The notes below the pieces were generated by a model. It was not told the DNA's origin and made no database searches. It saw only the letters and a list, made by a program, of their open reading frames with translations. From assembly GCF_000008625.1 (NCBI RefSeq), contig NC_000918.1:90001-122000 (forward strand): 32,000 nucleotides of DNA, written 5' to 3'. A program made the translations under genes and the position numbers. This document shows, piece by piece, positions 9,019 to 17,290 of the stretch; the first letter of the stretch is position 1, and each line of letters starts with the position of its first letter. The stretch comes from Aquifex aeolicus VF5. GTDB lineage: Bacteria > Aquificota > Aquificia > Aquificales > Aquificaceae.

Positions 9019-10343
9019 AGCGTGTTCTCGTTGTGGACGACGAAGAAAGTATTACTTCTTCTCTCTCCGCAATCCTTGAAGAAGAAGGATACCATCCAGA
9101 TACGGCAAAGACGTTAAGGGAAGCGGAAAAGAAGATAAAGGAACTGTTCTTTCCCGTTATAGTCCTTGACGTTTGGATGCCCGACGGGGACGGTGTAAAC
9201 TTTATAGATTTCATAAAAGAAAACTCTCCCGACAGCGTTGTCATAGTAATCACGGGACACGGGAGCGTGGACACAGCGGTAAAAGCGATAAAAAAGGGAG
9301 CTTACGAGTTCTTGGAAAAACCTTTTTCCGTTGAGAGATTTCTTCTTACGATAAAACACGCCTTTGAGGAGTACTCAAAGAAAGCCCCGCCTCAGGAGGA
9401 AATAGAGTTTGTAGGGGAACACCCGAAAATTCTGGAGATAAAGAGGCTTATACCCAAAATAGCGAAGAGCAAAGCTCCTGTCCTTATAACAGGAGAAAGC
9501 GGAACGGGAAAGGAAATAGTAGCGAGGTTAATACACAGGTACTCGGGAAGAAAGGGAGCTTTTGTAGACCTGAACTGTGCTTCAATTCCTCAGGAACTGG
9601 CGGAAAGTGAACTCTTTGGACACGAAAAGGGAGCCTTCACTGGAGCACTTACGAGAAAGAAGGGAAAATTAGAACTCGCCGATCAGGGAACCCTCTTTCT
9701 GGACGAGGTGGGAGAGCTTGACCAAAGGGTTCAGGCAAAACTCTTGAGGGTTCTGGAGACGGGAAGTTTTACAAGACTCGGAGGAAATCAAAAAATAGAA
9801 GTGGACATAAGGGTAATATCCGCAACGAATAAAAATCTGGAAGAAGAAATCAAGAAAGGAAACTTCAGGGAAGATCTTTACTACAGACTTTCTGTATTTC
9901 AAATATACCTCCCGCCACTCAGGGAAAGGGGAAAGGATGTTATCCTCCTCGCGGAGTACTTTCTAAAGAAGTTCGCAAAAGAGTATAAAAAGAACTGCTT
10001 TGAACTTTCCGAAGAGACGAAGGAATACTTAATGAAACAGGAGTGGAAAGGAAACGTAAGGGAATTAAAGAACTTAATAGAGAGGGCTGTTATTTTATGC
10101 GAAGGTGAAGTCATAAAACCTGAAGATCTGGGACTGAAGGAGAAAAGCTGGAGGGACTTATCTTACCTTCTTAAGATAAAAGAGCTAAAAGAAGCAAAAA
10201 AGGAATTTGAGAAGATATTTATCGAGGAAAAGTTAAGGGAGTACGATTACGACCTGAAAAGAACCGCGGAAGAAATAGGTATAGATCTTTCAAACTTGTA
10301 CAGAAAAATAAAAAGTTTAAACATAAGAGTCAAAAGTTCATAA
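9015..10343 (+). CDS. ntrC4: Sigma54-dependent NtrC-family response regulator (NtrC4-like)
   Basis: Receiver domain VLVVDDEESITSSLSAIL, VLDVWMPDGDG; AAA+ GESGTGKE, GAFTGA, LFLDEVGELD; C-terminal Fis-type HTH TAEEIGIDLSNLYRKIKSLNI. Confidence 0.93.
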   Translation: MKRVLVVDDEESITSSLSAILEEEGYHPDTAKTLREAEKKIKELFFPVIVLDVWMPDGDGVNFIDFIKENSPDSVVIVITGHGSVDTAVKAIKKGAYEFLEKPFSVERFLLTIKHAFEEYSKKAPPQEEIEFVGEHPKILEIKRLIPKIAKSKAPVLITGESGTGKEIVARLIHRYSGRKGAFVDLNCASIPQELAESELFGHEKGAFTGALTRKKGKLELADQGTLFLDEVGELDQRVQAKLLRVLETGSFTRLGGNQKIEVDIRVISATNKNLEEEIKKGNFREDLYYRLSVFQIYLPPLRERGKDVILLAEYFLKKFAKEYKKNCFELSEETKEYLMKQEWKGNVRELKNLIERAVILCEGEVIKPEDLGLKEKSWRDLSYLLKIKELKEAKKEFEKIFIEEKLREYDYDLKRTAEEIGIDLSNLYRKIKSLNIRVKSS

Positions 10344-11019
10344 GAATAGACACTATACTCACGACCGCTGTTTCCGTCCTCAGGGTGTATGGCTCTAAAA
10401 GAACGGATTTAAATCCTTTTTCCCTCAGTATTTGACTTTCCCTCTTAGAAAATCCACCCTCTGGACCCACTACCACCGAGTAAGTTTTTGCCTCTAAATT
10501 CACGTCTTTGGGTTTTACACCTTCGTAGAAGTTGTCAAGGATTATATTCTCCTCAGATTCTGGGATTAAATCAGAGAGCCTTACGGGTTTCTTTATTTCC
10601 ATAGGGATAGGCCTTCTTGACTGCTTCATAGCTTCTATAACTATCCTCTTCCACTTTTCGGTTTTCTTCAGTATGGCTTCTTCCTTTTGAAAACTCCTTT
10701 CAGAGATAATGGGGACAAAGGTTAGAACTCCCAGCTCCGTTGCCTGCCTGACTATTGTATCCATAGTTTTCAAATCAACGGTAACACTCTGATACAGAGT
10801 AATATCTTTTGGAGGCAGTTTTGTTTCCAGCTCTTCCACGATTTCACAGGAAATCTCCCTTTTGTCTTCTCTCCGAACCTTGCATACGTATATTTTTCCC
10901 TCGTGTATTACTCCGAACTCTTCGTCTTTTTCAATCCTCCTTACTCTAAAATGCTTTACTTCTCCTTCCCTCAAAATAAGGAGGTTTCCGCGCCTTTCTT
11001 CTGAGTAAAAGACGTGCAT
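10330..11019 (-). CDS. rsmE: 16S rRNA (uracil1498-N3)-methyltransferase
   Basis: VVVGPEGGFSKRESQ, LEPYTLRTETAVV, RQATELGV; SPOUT RsmE hallmarks. Confidence 0.92.
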   Translation of the reverse strand: MHVFYSEERRGNLLILREGEVKHFRVRRIEKDEEFGVIHEGKIYVCKVRREDKREISCEIVEELETKLPPKDITLYQSVTVDLKTMDTIVRQATELGVLTFVPIISERSFQKEEAILKKTEKWKRIVIEAMKQSRRPIPMEIKKPVRLSDLIPESEENIILDNFYEGVKPKDVNLEAKTYSVVVGPEGGFSKRESQILREKGFKSVLLEPYTLRTETAVVSIVSILMNF

Positions 11020-11034
11020 GCTATTATCTTAACT

Positions 11035-11811
11035 ATGCGCGTAGGGATAGTGGGTTTTGGGAATATGGGACAGGCTTTTGCCTTGTGCTTTTCAAAAAAA
11101 CTCGGTAAAGAAAACATAATAGTCACGGACAAGGTTCAGGAAAAGAGAAACCTCGCAACGGAGATGGGAATAGCTTTTGCAAGTGATGTAAAATTCTTGG
11201 CGGACAACTCAGACGTTGTTCTCGTAGCGGTAAAGCCCAAGGACTCGCAGGAGGTTTTACAAAAACTAAAGGATTACAAAGGGATAATTCTCAGCATAAT
11301 GGCGGGAGTGAGTATTGAGAAAATGGAAAAAATCTTAGGAAAGGATAAAAAGATAGTAAGGGTAATGCCAAACGTAAACGTGGCCGTGGGAAGCGGTGTT
11401 ATGGCGATAACCGACAACGGGAACCTGAGCGAAGAAGAAAGAAGTAAAGTAGAGGAACTTCTGCTTTCCTGCGGAACTCTTTACCGTATAGAGGAAAGAT
11501 TATTTGACGCCTTTACCGCACTTGCAGGAAGCGGACCCGCTTTCGTTTTCTCCTTTATAGACGCTCTGGCACTTGCGGGAGTCCATCAAGGTTTTTCTTA
11601 CGAACAAGCCCTCAGGATAGCCCTTGACACGGTTATGGGTAGTGCAAAACTCTTGAAAGAGTTTCAGGTAAATCCTAACGAGCTCATAGCTAAGGTCACC
11701 TCTCCCGGCGGAACGACTATTGAAGGGATAAAGTACCTTGAGGAAAAGGGATTTAAAGGCACGGTTATGGAATGTATAAACAGGACTTCCCAGAAGGCAA
11801 AGAAGCTTTGA
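11035..11811 (+). CDS. proC: Pyrroline-5-carboxylate reductase
   Basis: MRVGIVGFGNMGQAF, VRVMPNVNVAVGSG, ALAGSGPAFVFSFIDAL, VTSPGGTTIEG. Confidence 0.95.
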   Translation: MRVGIVGFGNMGQAFALCFSKKLGKENIIVTDKVQEKRNLATEMGIAFASDVKFLADNSDVVLVAVKPKDSQEVLQKLKDYKGIILSIMAGVSIEKMEKILGKDKKIVRVMPNVNVAVGSGVMAITDNGNLSEEERSKVEELLLSCGTLYRIEERLFDAFTALAGSGPAFVFSFIDALALAGVHQGFSYEQALRIALDTVMGSAKLLKEFQVNPNELIAKVTSPGGTTIEGIKYLEEKGFKGTVMECINRTSQKAKKL

Positions 11812-12392
11812 ATTTAGAGATAAGGCTGGGAAATAAACTCGTAAGATTCAGGAAATTCACAGGAAAGGAAAAGATTTACCTTCCCATTCAAAGACACACC
11901 GATAAAGTTATAAAACTAATTGATAAAGACTCACCACCCCTTGAGGGAGATGCGGTAATAACGAACTTAAAGAACGTAGAAATTGGGGTAAGAACAGCGG
12001 ATTGCGTGCCGATAATACTTCTTGGAAAGGAATGGGTAGGCGCGGTTCACGCAGGCTGGAGAGGGCTAAAAAAGGGGATAATAGCGAAAACCCTAAAAGC
12101 ATTAAAAGAAGAAGGAGAAGACGACATTACGGCTTTAGTCTTTCCCTCCGCAAAGGGTTGTTGTTACGAAGTGGGAAAAGAGTTTAAAGAATTTTTCAGA
12201 AGGAATTTAAAGGAAAGAAACGGAAAGCTTTTCTTTGATCCTCAGAGGGAAGCTGTAGAACAACTAAGGGAGAACGGAATAAAGAGTATTCTTGTATGGG
12301 AAAAGTGCACTATATGTTCTCCGGAGCTACCCTCCTACAGGAGGGATAAAACGAAAGAAAGAATGCTTACAAGCGTCGTTATACTGTTTTAA
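11772..12392 (+). CDS. pgeF: YfiH/PgeF-family (laccase-domain) purine nucleoside phosphorylase / polyphenol oxidase; true start may be TTG 11808
   Basis: QRHTDKVI, EGDAVITN, VRTADCVPIIL, VGAVHAGWRGLKKGI, CCYEVGKE. Confidence 0.88.
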   Translation: MYKQDFPEGKEALNLEIRLGNKLVRFRKFTGKEKIYLPIQRHTDKVIKLIDKDSPPLEGDAVITNLKNVEIGVRTADCVPIILLGKEWVGAVHAGWRGLKKGIIAKTLKALKEEGEDDITALVFPSAKGCCYEVGKEFKEFFRRNLKERNGKLFFDPQREAVEQLRENGIKSILVWEKCTICSPELPSYRRDKTKERMLTSVVILF

Positions 12393-13296
12393 TCTTCCCT
12401 GCAAAGTTCTTTTATTTCTTCCAGATAAACCTTTATTATCTTCAAATAGCTTTTATACCTCTCACACGAAATTTCTCCGTTCTTTACTGCTTCTTTTACA
12501 GCACAGCCCGGTTCGTTCGTATGCGTGCAGTCAGGGTACTTACACTGATACCTTAAAAACTCCCTGAAGTAATTTCTCACTTCTCTTGGTTTTACGAACA
12601 TCGTAGCCTCAACCTTTGAAAATCCGGGAGTGTCCCCTACAAAGGATCCCTTTCCGAAGGGAATTAACCTGACTCCCGTGGTGGTATGTCTTCCTCTTTC
12701 CGTTTTTTCGCTTACTTCCTGCGTTCTCAACTCTTCTCCCGTGAGCCTTGAAAGGATTGAGCTCTTACCTACACCCGAGGGTCCCGCCAAAATGCATATA
12801 AAACCTTCAAGGTAATCAACTAGTTCATCTATTCCCTCTCCCGTTTTAGCGCTTACCTTGAGAACGTCGTAGCCCGCATCCCTGTAAATGCTATCCATCT
12901 TTCAAGTTCCTTCTTTTCCTCTTCGTTCAAAAGATCTATTTTGTTAAACACTATTACGGGTTCTACTTTGAAGTATTCGTAAACGACTAGCATGTTGTCA
13001 AGCAGGTAGTTGTTGAATTCTGGCATTTTTAAAGTTTCAACTATTATTACTCTGTCAACGTTTGCGACTTTGGGTCTTATGAGGAGGTTTTTCCTTTCCT
13101 CTACCTCTTCTATCGCAAAGGTATTCGGATCTACAACCTCTCCCCAGACGTAATCACCGGCGTTAATTTTTGTCTTCTTCAGAACTTTTCCCCTCGGAAT
13201 TCCCCTGTAAGTTTTGCCGTCCTCAAACAGGTAAACGCCTATCATCTGGGCTTCCCTGTCTACGACGAGTCCCCTTTTCAATTCTTTCTTTCCCAT
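12389..13296 (-). CDS. rsgA: Ribosome small-subunit-dependent GTPase A, -1 frameshift near 12892
   Basis: Two track ORFs join by adding one T near 12892 (+ strand): ...VFNKIDLLNEEEKKELERWISIYRDAGYDVLKVSAKTGEG...AGPSGVGKSSILSRL...RGRHTTTGVRLIPF...GDTPGFS...HTNEPGCAVKEAV. Circularly permuted GTPase G4-G1-G3 order. Confidence 0.92.
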
Positions 13297-13298
13297 AA

Positions 13299-14660
13299 CT
13301 ACACCTCTTTTTCAAGCTCTTTAATTGCCCATTTAAGTGTATCAATAACGTAGTTCATTTCGTCTTCCTCTATTACAAGAGGCATCATCAATACCATAAC
13401 GTCTCCGAGCGGTCTCAAAAACACCCCTTTTTCCCTGCACTTGTAAGCCACCTTAAATCCCGTCCTTTCACCGTAAGGGAAAGGTTCTCCCTTTTCTTTG
13501 TCCTTCACCAGCTCTATTCCAGCCATAAAACCTAGCTGTCTAACATCTCCAACGTGCTTGAGTTCCCAGAACTCCTGAAGCCTTTCCTTTAAAAGCTTTA
13601 TCTTTGGTTGGAGCTTCTCTAAAGTTCTTTCTTCCTCAAAAACTTCTAAGTTTGCGAGTGCAACGGAACAGGCGAGGTTATTTCCAGTGTAGGTGTGCCC
13701 GTGGTAAAAGTGCTTTGCCTCCCCGAACTCACCTAAAAAGGCATTGAACACCTCGTCCGTTGTGAGTGTCGCAGCAAGCGGGAGGTACCCTCCGGTTATA
13801 CCCTTACCTAGACACATAAAGTCCGGACTGACTCCTTCCTGCTCACAGTAAAACATCGTTCCCGTCCTGCCAAATCCCGTGGCAACCTCGTCAACTATCA
13901 TTAAAGTGTCGTATTTCTTCGTAAGCTCCCTTACGCCTTTCAAAAATCCCGGAGGGAAGGGGAGCATTCCCGCGGCTGCCTGAATTCCCGCTTCCATAAT
14001 GACCGCAACGATATCTTCCCGCGACTTCAGGATATCTTCCAGTTGTTTTAATAAATCTGCCGTGCACTCAGGGCAGAGTTCCCCGTACTTTTCCTTGCAG
14101 TACAGGTAAGGAGATGGGAGTTTTATAGTCTTGAAAAGGAGATCTTTATAAGTTCCGTGGAAGAGTTCTATACCCCCTACGCTAACCGCTCCTACAGTAT
14201 CCCCGTGGTAGGCTTCGGAAAGCGTTATGAAAACGTTTTTCCCTTTAACTCCCTTGTTCTTCCAGTAGTGATAAGCCATCTTTATCGCTATCTCTACTGC
14301 TTCCGCACCGTCTTCGGAGTAAAAGACCTTGTTTAATCCTTCAGGAGAAATTTCTACAAGCTTCTTTGCAAGGAGTATGGCGGGAACGTTGGAACTTCCC
14401 AGAGTAGTTGTGTGAGCTACCTTACAGAGCTGTTTCATAACTGCGTTGTTCAGTTTAGGGTGGTTATGTCCGTGGACGTTGCACCAGAGGGAAGATATGG
14501 CATCTATATACTTCCTGCCGTATATGTCCCACAGGTAAACGCCTTCTCCGCGTTCAAATATCAGGTTTTCTTCTTCTCTGTAGACTTTCATCTGGGTAAA
14601 TGGATGCCAGAAGTACTCCTTGTCCCACTTTTCGAGCGTTTTAGGGTCTAATTCCCACAT
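13299..14660 (-). CDS. bioA: Adenosylmethionine-8-amino-7-oxononanoate aminotransferase
   Basis: WHPFTQM, GVYLWDIYGRKYIDAISSLWCNVHGH, FYSEDGAEAVEIAIKMAYHYW, TLSEAYHGDTVGAVSVGG, DEVATGFGRTG, CLGKGITGGYLPLA. Confidence 0.94.
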   Translation of the reverse strand: MWELDPKTLEKWDKEYFWHPFTQMKVYREEENLIFERGEGVYLWDIYGRKYIDAISSLWCNVHGHNHPKLNNAVMKQLCKVAHTTTLGSSNVPAILLAKKLVEISPEGLNKVFYSEDGAEAVEIAIKMAYHYWKNKGVKGKNVFITLSEAYHGDTVGAVSVGGIELFHGTYKDLLFKTIKLPSPYLYCKEKYGELCPECTADLLKQLEDILKSREDIVAVIMEAGIQAAAGMLPFPPGFLKGVRELTKKYDTLMIVDEVATGFGRTGTMFYCEQEGVSPDFMCLGKGITGGYLPLAATLTTDEVFNAFLGEFGEAKHFYHGHTYTGNNLACSVALANLEVFEEERTLEKLQPKIKLLKERLQEFWELKHVGDVRQLGFMAGIELVKDKEKGEPFPYGERTGFKVAYKCREKGVFLRPLGDVMVLMMPLVIEEDEMNYVIDTLKWAIKELEKEV

Positions 14661-14694
14661 AGTAATATAGTATCTAAAGAAACACCACAAATAC

Positions 14695-15598
14695 TTGAGT
14701 GTTTTTGTAAAAATAGTAATGATGCACGAGAAGCTGGAAAGGATTTGTTCCGTAATAGAACACTACCTCTCGGATATTTTGGGAAGGATAAGGGTGTACA
14801 GGGATGAGGCAAACTTCCTTATACCTTGGGGTTCTACTGTAATAAACGTGAACGTGTTTGGAGGAAGAAGAGGTATACATTGATGTAAACTCCCCTGTGG
14901 CTTTAAAGGTTCATCCGAGTAAAGACTTGATGAAGTTCCTATTATCGGAAAACGCAAACCTGAAGATGGCGTCTTTTTTTACGGAATTCGAAAAGGGTTT
15001 TATGGATATAATCGTAGGCATAAAAATAAGGTATAAGGATTTATCAAGGGAATTATTAAAGTTTGTAGTACTCAACATAGGTAATTTGGCAAACGAATAC
15101 GGAAAGGAAATAAGGGCTGTATTCGGTGGACTCTCCTTTAAGGAATATCTGGAGAGAGAAAAGTACTCTTACCCTTATTCGGGAGAAAAGCTCTTTCAGG
15201 AGAAGATTTCAATTAACGGAACGCTGCTTTTACTTGAAGTGTATGTGAAAGAAGAAAATTACACACTCATATGCCGAGAGGAAGGTAGTTCCAATTACCT
15301 TATAAAGGCTATAAGAAAAGTTGAAGGCCCCTATGAGGCTTTAAAAATACTTGAAAAAGCAAAAGAAAGTATTAAGAACAGAGATTTTGTATCTTTGAGA
15401 AAACTCTTCAGTCCGTACGAGGTAGACTTTTTTGAACTTTATTCCGTATTCCTTAAAGGAAAGGACACGACAAAACTGAAAAAACTTGAAAAAGAAATTC
15501 ACGAACTCCCGTATATGCTTATAAACGGAAAAATAACTTACGAGGAGTATAAGAAGAGGATAAGGGAAATAGAAAAGGAAATAGGGCTTTCGGAGTAG
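14695..15598 (+). CDS. Uncharacterised protein, probably one gene split by a -1 frameshift near 14857
   Basis: Track ORFs 14695-14883 and 14858-15598 join as ...NFLIPWGSTVINVNVF-LEEEEVYIDVNSPVALKVHPSKDLMKFLL... if TTT at 14857-14859 is TTTT. The fused alternating-strand pattern resembles YbjN/CesT-like chaperone folds (weak). Confidence 0.6.
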
Positions 15599-15603
15599 CA
15601 AGA

Positions 15604-15816
15604 ATGAAATTAAAAAAACCTGCTAAAAAAACCTTAGAGGAAATAGGAAAACACTACCTGAATATCGGAGTAGCTATTATAGTTTTCGCAATAATACAAC
15701 CTATTGTACAGGGGAAATTTAATATTAAAGTTGCTCTATATTTTGGATTAGCATATTTTATTGTTTTCTCAATTGCAATAATATTATTAGTAATAGGAGG
15801 TTCCTGTGATGAATGA
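15604..15816 (+). CDS. Small two-TM membrane protein
   Basis: 70-aa ORF MKLKKPAKKTLEEIGKHYLNIGVAIIVFAIIQPIVQGKFNIKVALYFGLAYFIVFSIAIILLVIGGSCDE*. Confidence 0.6.
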   Translation: MKLKKPAKKTLEEIGKHYLNIGVAIIVFAIIQPIVQGKFNIKVALYFGLAYFIVFSIAIILLVIGGSCDE

Positions 15817-15928
15817 TATGTTTTTATATTACTTAATTCTTTTTTCTTTTGTATTACTCGCAGGAATATTTGGAATAGGAATAGTAATTCTGAGTTCTAA
15901 ATATAGTGATACTAAAAACAAGACTTAA
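15809..15928 (+). CDS. Small single-TM protein (39 aa), not in the supplied ORF track
   Basis: ATG 15809 reads MNDMFLYYLILFSFVLLAGIFGIGIVILSSKYSDTKNKT*; taggagg 8 nt or so upstream; overlaps the preceding ORF by 8 nt. Confidence 0.55.
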   Translation: MNDMFLYYLILFSFVLLAGIFGIGIVILSSKYSDTKNKT

Positions 15929-16574
15929 TACATTTCTCTCTCAGCGGACACTCTTCACATAGTGGCTTTTTCTTGCAAAACTCCTTTGCATGAATGTCTA
16001 TAAGTGCGTGAAATTCTCTGTAAATTTCTAAATCTTTTGGCAAATTTTTCTCAAAAAGTCTTTTTATTTCTTCGTAAGAACCTTTTATATTCCACAATCT
16101 TTCGAGGAGTCTTTTGGTGTAGGCGTCTACAACGAACTCCAGTCTGTCGAGAGCGTAAAGTAGAATAGCATCAGCGGTTTCTTTTCCTATTCCTTTAACT
16201 TTTAAGAGGTCTTCCCTCTTCACATTTTTTAGATGGGAAATACTCGGAAACTTGTTCGCAAACTCCTTAAGGTATAGGCTCTTCTGTCTGTAAAATCCCG
16301 CAGGTTTTATTAATTCCATTAATTTTTCAGTAGGAATTTCCTTTATCGCCTTCAAGTTCAGGGCTTTTTCCCGTTTTAAGTTTTCCAGAGCTTTTTCAAC
16401 GTTTTTCCACGAAGTGTTTTGAGTCAGAATTGCACCGATGATTACCTCTTCTCTGGGATCGGAACCGTGAGTTTTGTGGTATTCAAGATCTACAGGCCAC
16501 CAGTTTTGCTTTCCGTAAAACTGAAGGAGTTTATCGTAAAGTTCAATTAACTCTCTTTTACCAATTCCAGACAT
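15912..16574 (-). CDS. nth: Endonuclease III-family HhH-GPD DNA glycosylase with 4Fe-4S cluster
   Basis: IGAILTQNTSWKNVEKAL, LLKVKGIGKETADAILLYAL, FVVDAYTKRLLERL, C-X6-C-X2-C-X5-C (CKKKPLCEECPLREKC). Confidence 0.88.
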   Translation of the reverse strand: MSGIGKRELIELYDKLLQFYGKQNWWPVDLEYHKTHGSDPREEVIIGAILTQNTSWKNVEKALENLKREKALNLKAIKEIPTEKLMELIKPAGFYRQKSLYLKEFANKFPSISHLKNVKREDLLKVKGIGKETADAILLYALDRLEFVVDAYTKRLLERLWNIKGSYEEIKRLFEKNLPKDLEIYREFHALIDIHAKEFCKKKPLCEECPLREKCIKSCF

Positions 16575-17290
16575 CCAAATCCCTGATAACGGCGGAAACC
16601 GAGTCCGTACTTGTACACTTCGTTTAAAACGTATGGGTCACCTTCTAAAGTAAAAACTCCTTGATAGGCTACTATCTTTATGACTTTTTCGTTTTCTCTG
16701 TTTCCTACGACGTGTTTTACAACGGACTTCTTCCCTTCTTGGTGTTCAAACTTTAGTTCCGGAAGACCGTTGAAAATACACTTCAAAGAATACCTGAGTT
16801 CCTGCGTAAAGGCTCCGTCGTCGTATAAAATGAAATCGTCATTTCTATTTCCGAGCTTTGAAGGAAGAACAGGCTTTTTATCCCTGTTTATAACGACTAT
16901 GGGGGAAAGCGTTCTAAAGGTTTGTCTTGGCTTTGTAATTTGTTCTTCCTCGCACATAAGAACCTTCTTTACCTTAATGTTTCCGTTTGTGTATCTGCCG
17001 TTGTATTCCCTTAACTTTTTTAGTCCGTTGTAGAACCTGTGGAAAAAGTCAGGACTTCCCGAAGACACGGTCATTATAGCCTTCCCGTTGTTTTCAAGGA
17101 TTTCACCGTTTATCCTTATATTTTCGAAGAACACGCAAAAGGTAAAAGGTTTAAAGTTCTTCTTCTGGAAGAGATCCTTTGCGTAATTCTCGTCTTCCTT
17201 CTCTAAAGCCTTTTTTATTAAGGAAAGGAAGGATCGTCTGTAGAAGATCGATATCTCCTTGGGGACTTCCAGATAAGCTTTTACCCTCAT
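16547..17290 (-). CDS. cas6: CRISPR-associated endoribonuclease Cas6 family protein
   Basis: YAKDLFQKKNFKPFTFCVFF, FRTLSPIVVINRD, C-terminal G-rich loop VYKYGLGFRRYQGFGCLELV; tandem RRM-like size of 247 aa. Confidence 0.85.
   Translation of the reverse strand: MRVKAYLEVPKEISIFYRRSFLSLIKKALEKEDENYAKDLFQKKNFKPFTFCVFFENIRINGEILENNGKAIMTVSSGSPDFFHRFYNGLKKLREYNGRYTNGNIKVKKVLMCEEEQITKPRQTFRTLSPIVVINRDKKPVLPSKLGNRNDDFILYDDGAFTQELRYSLKCIFNGLPELKFEHQEGKKSVVKHVVGNRENEKVIKIVAYQGVFTLEGDPYVLNEVYKYGLGFRRYQGFGCLELVKES

Noticed and set aside
9114-10114. Minus-strand ORFs opposite the NtrC-family gene
   Set aside because: Shadow ORFs of a confidently assigned response regulator.
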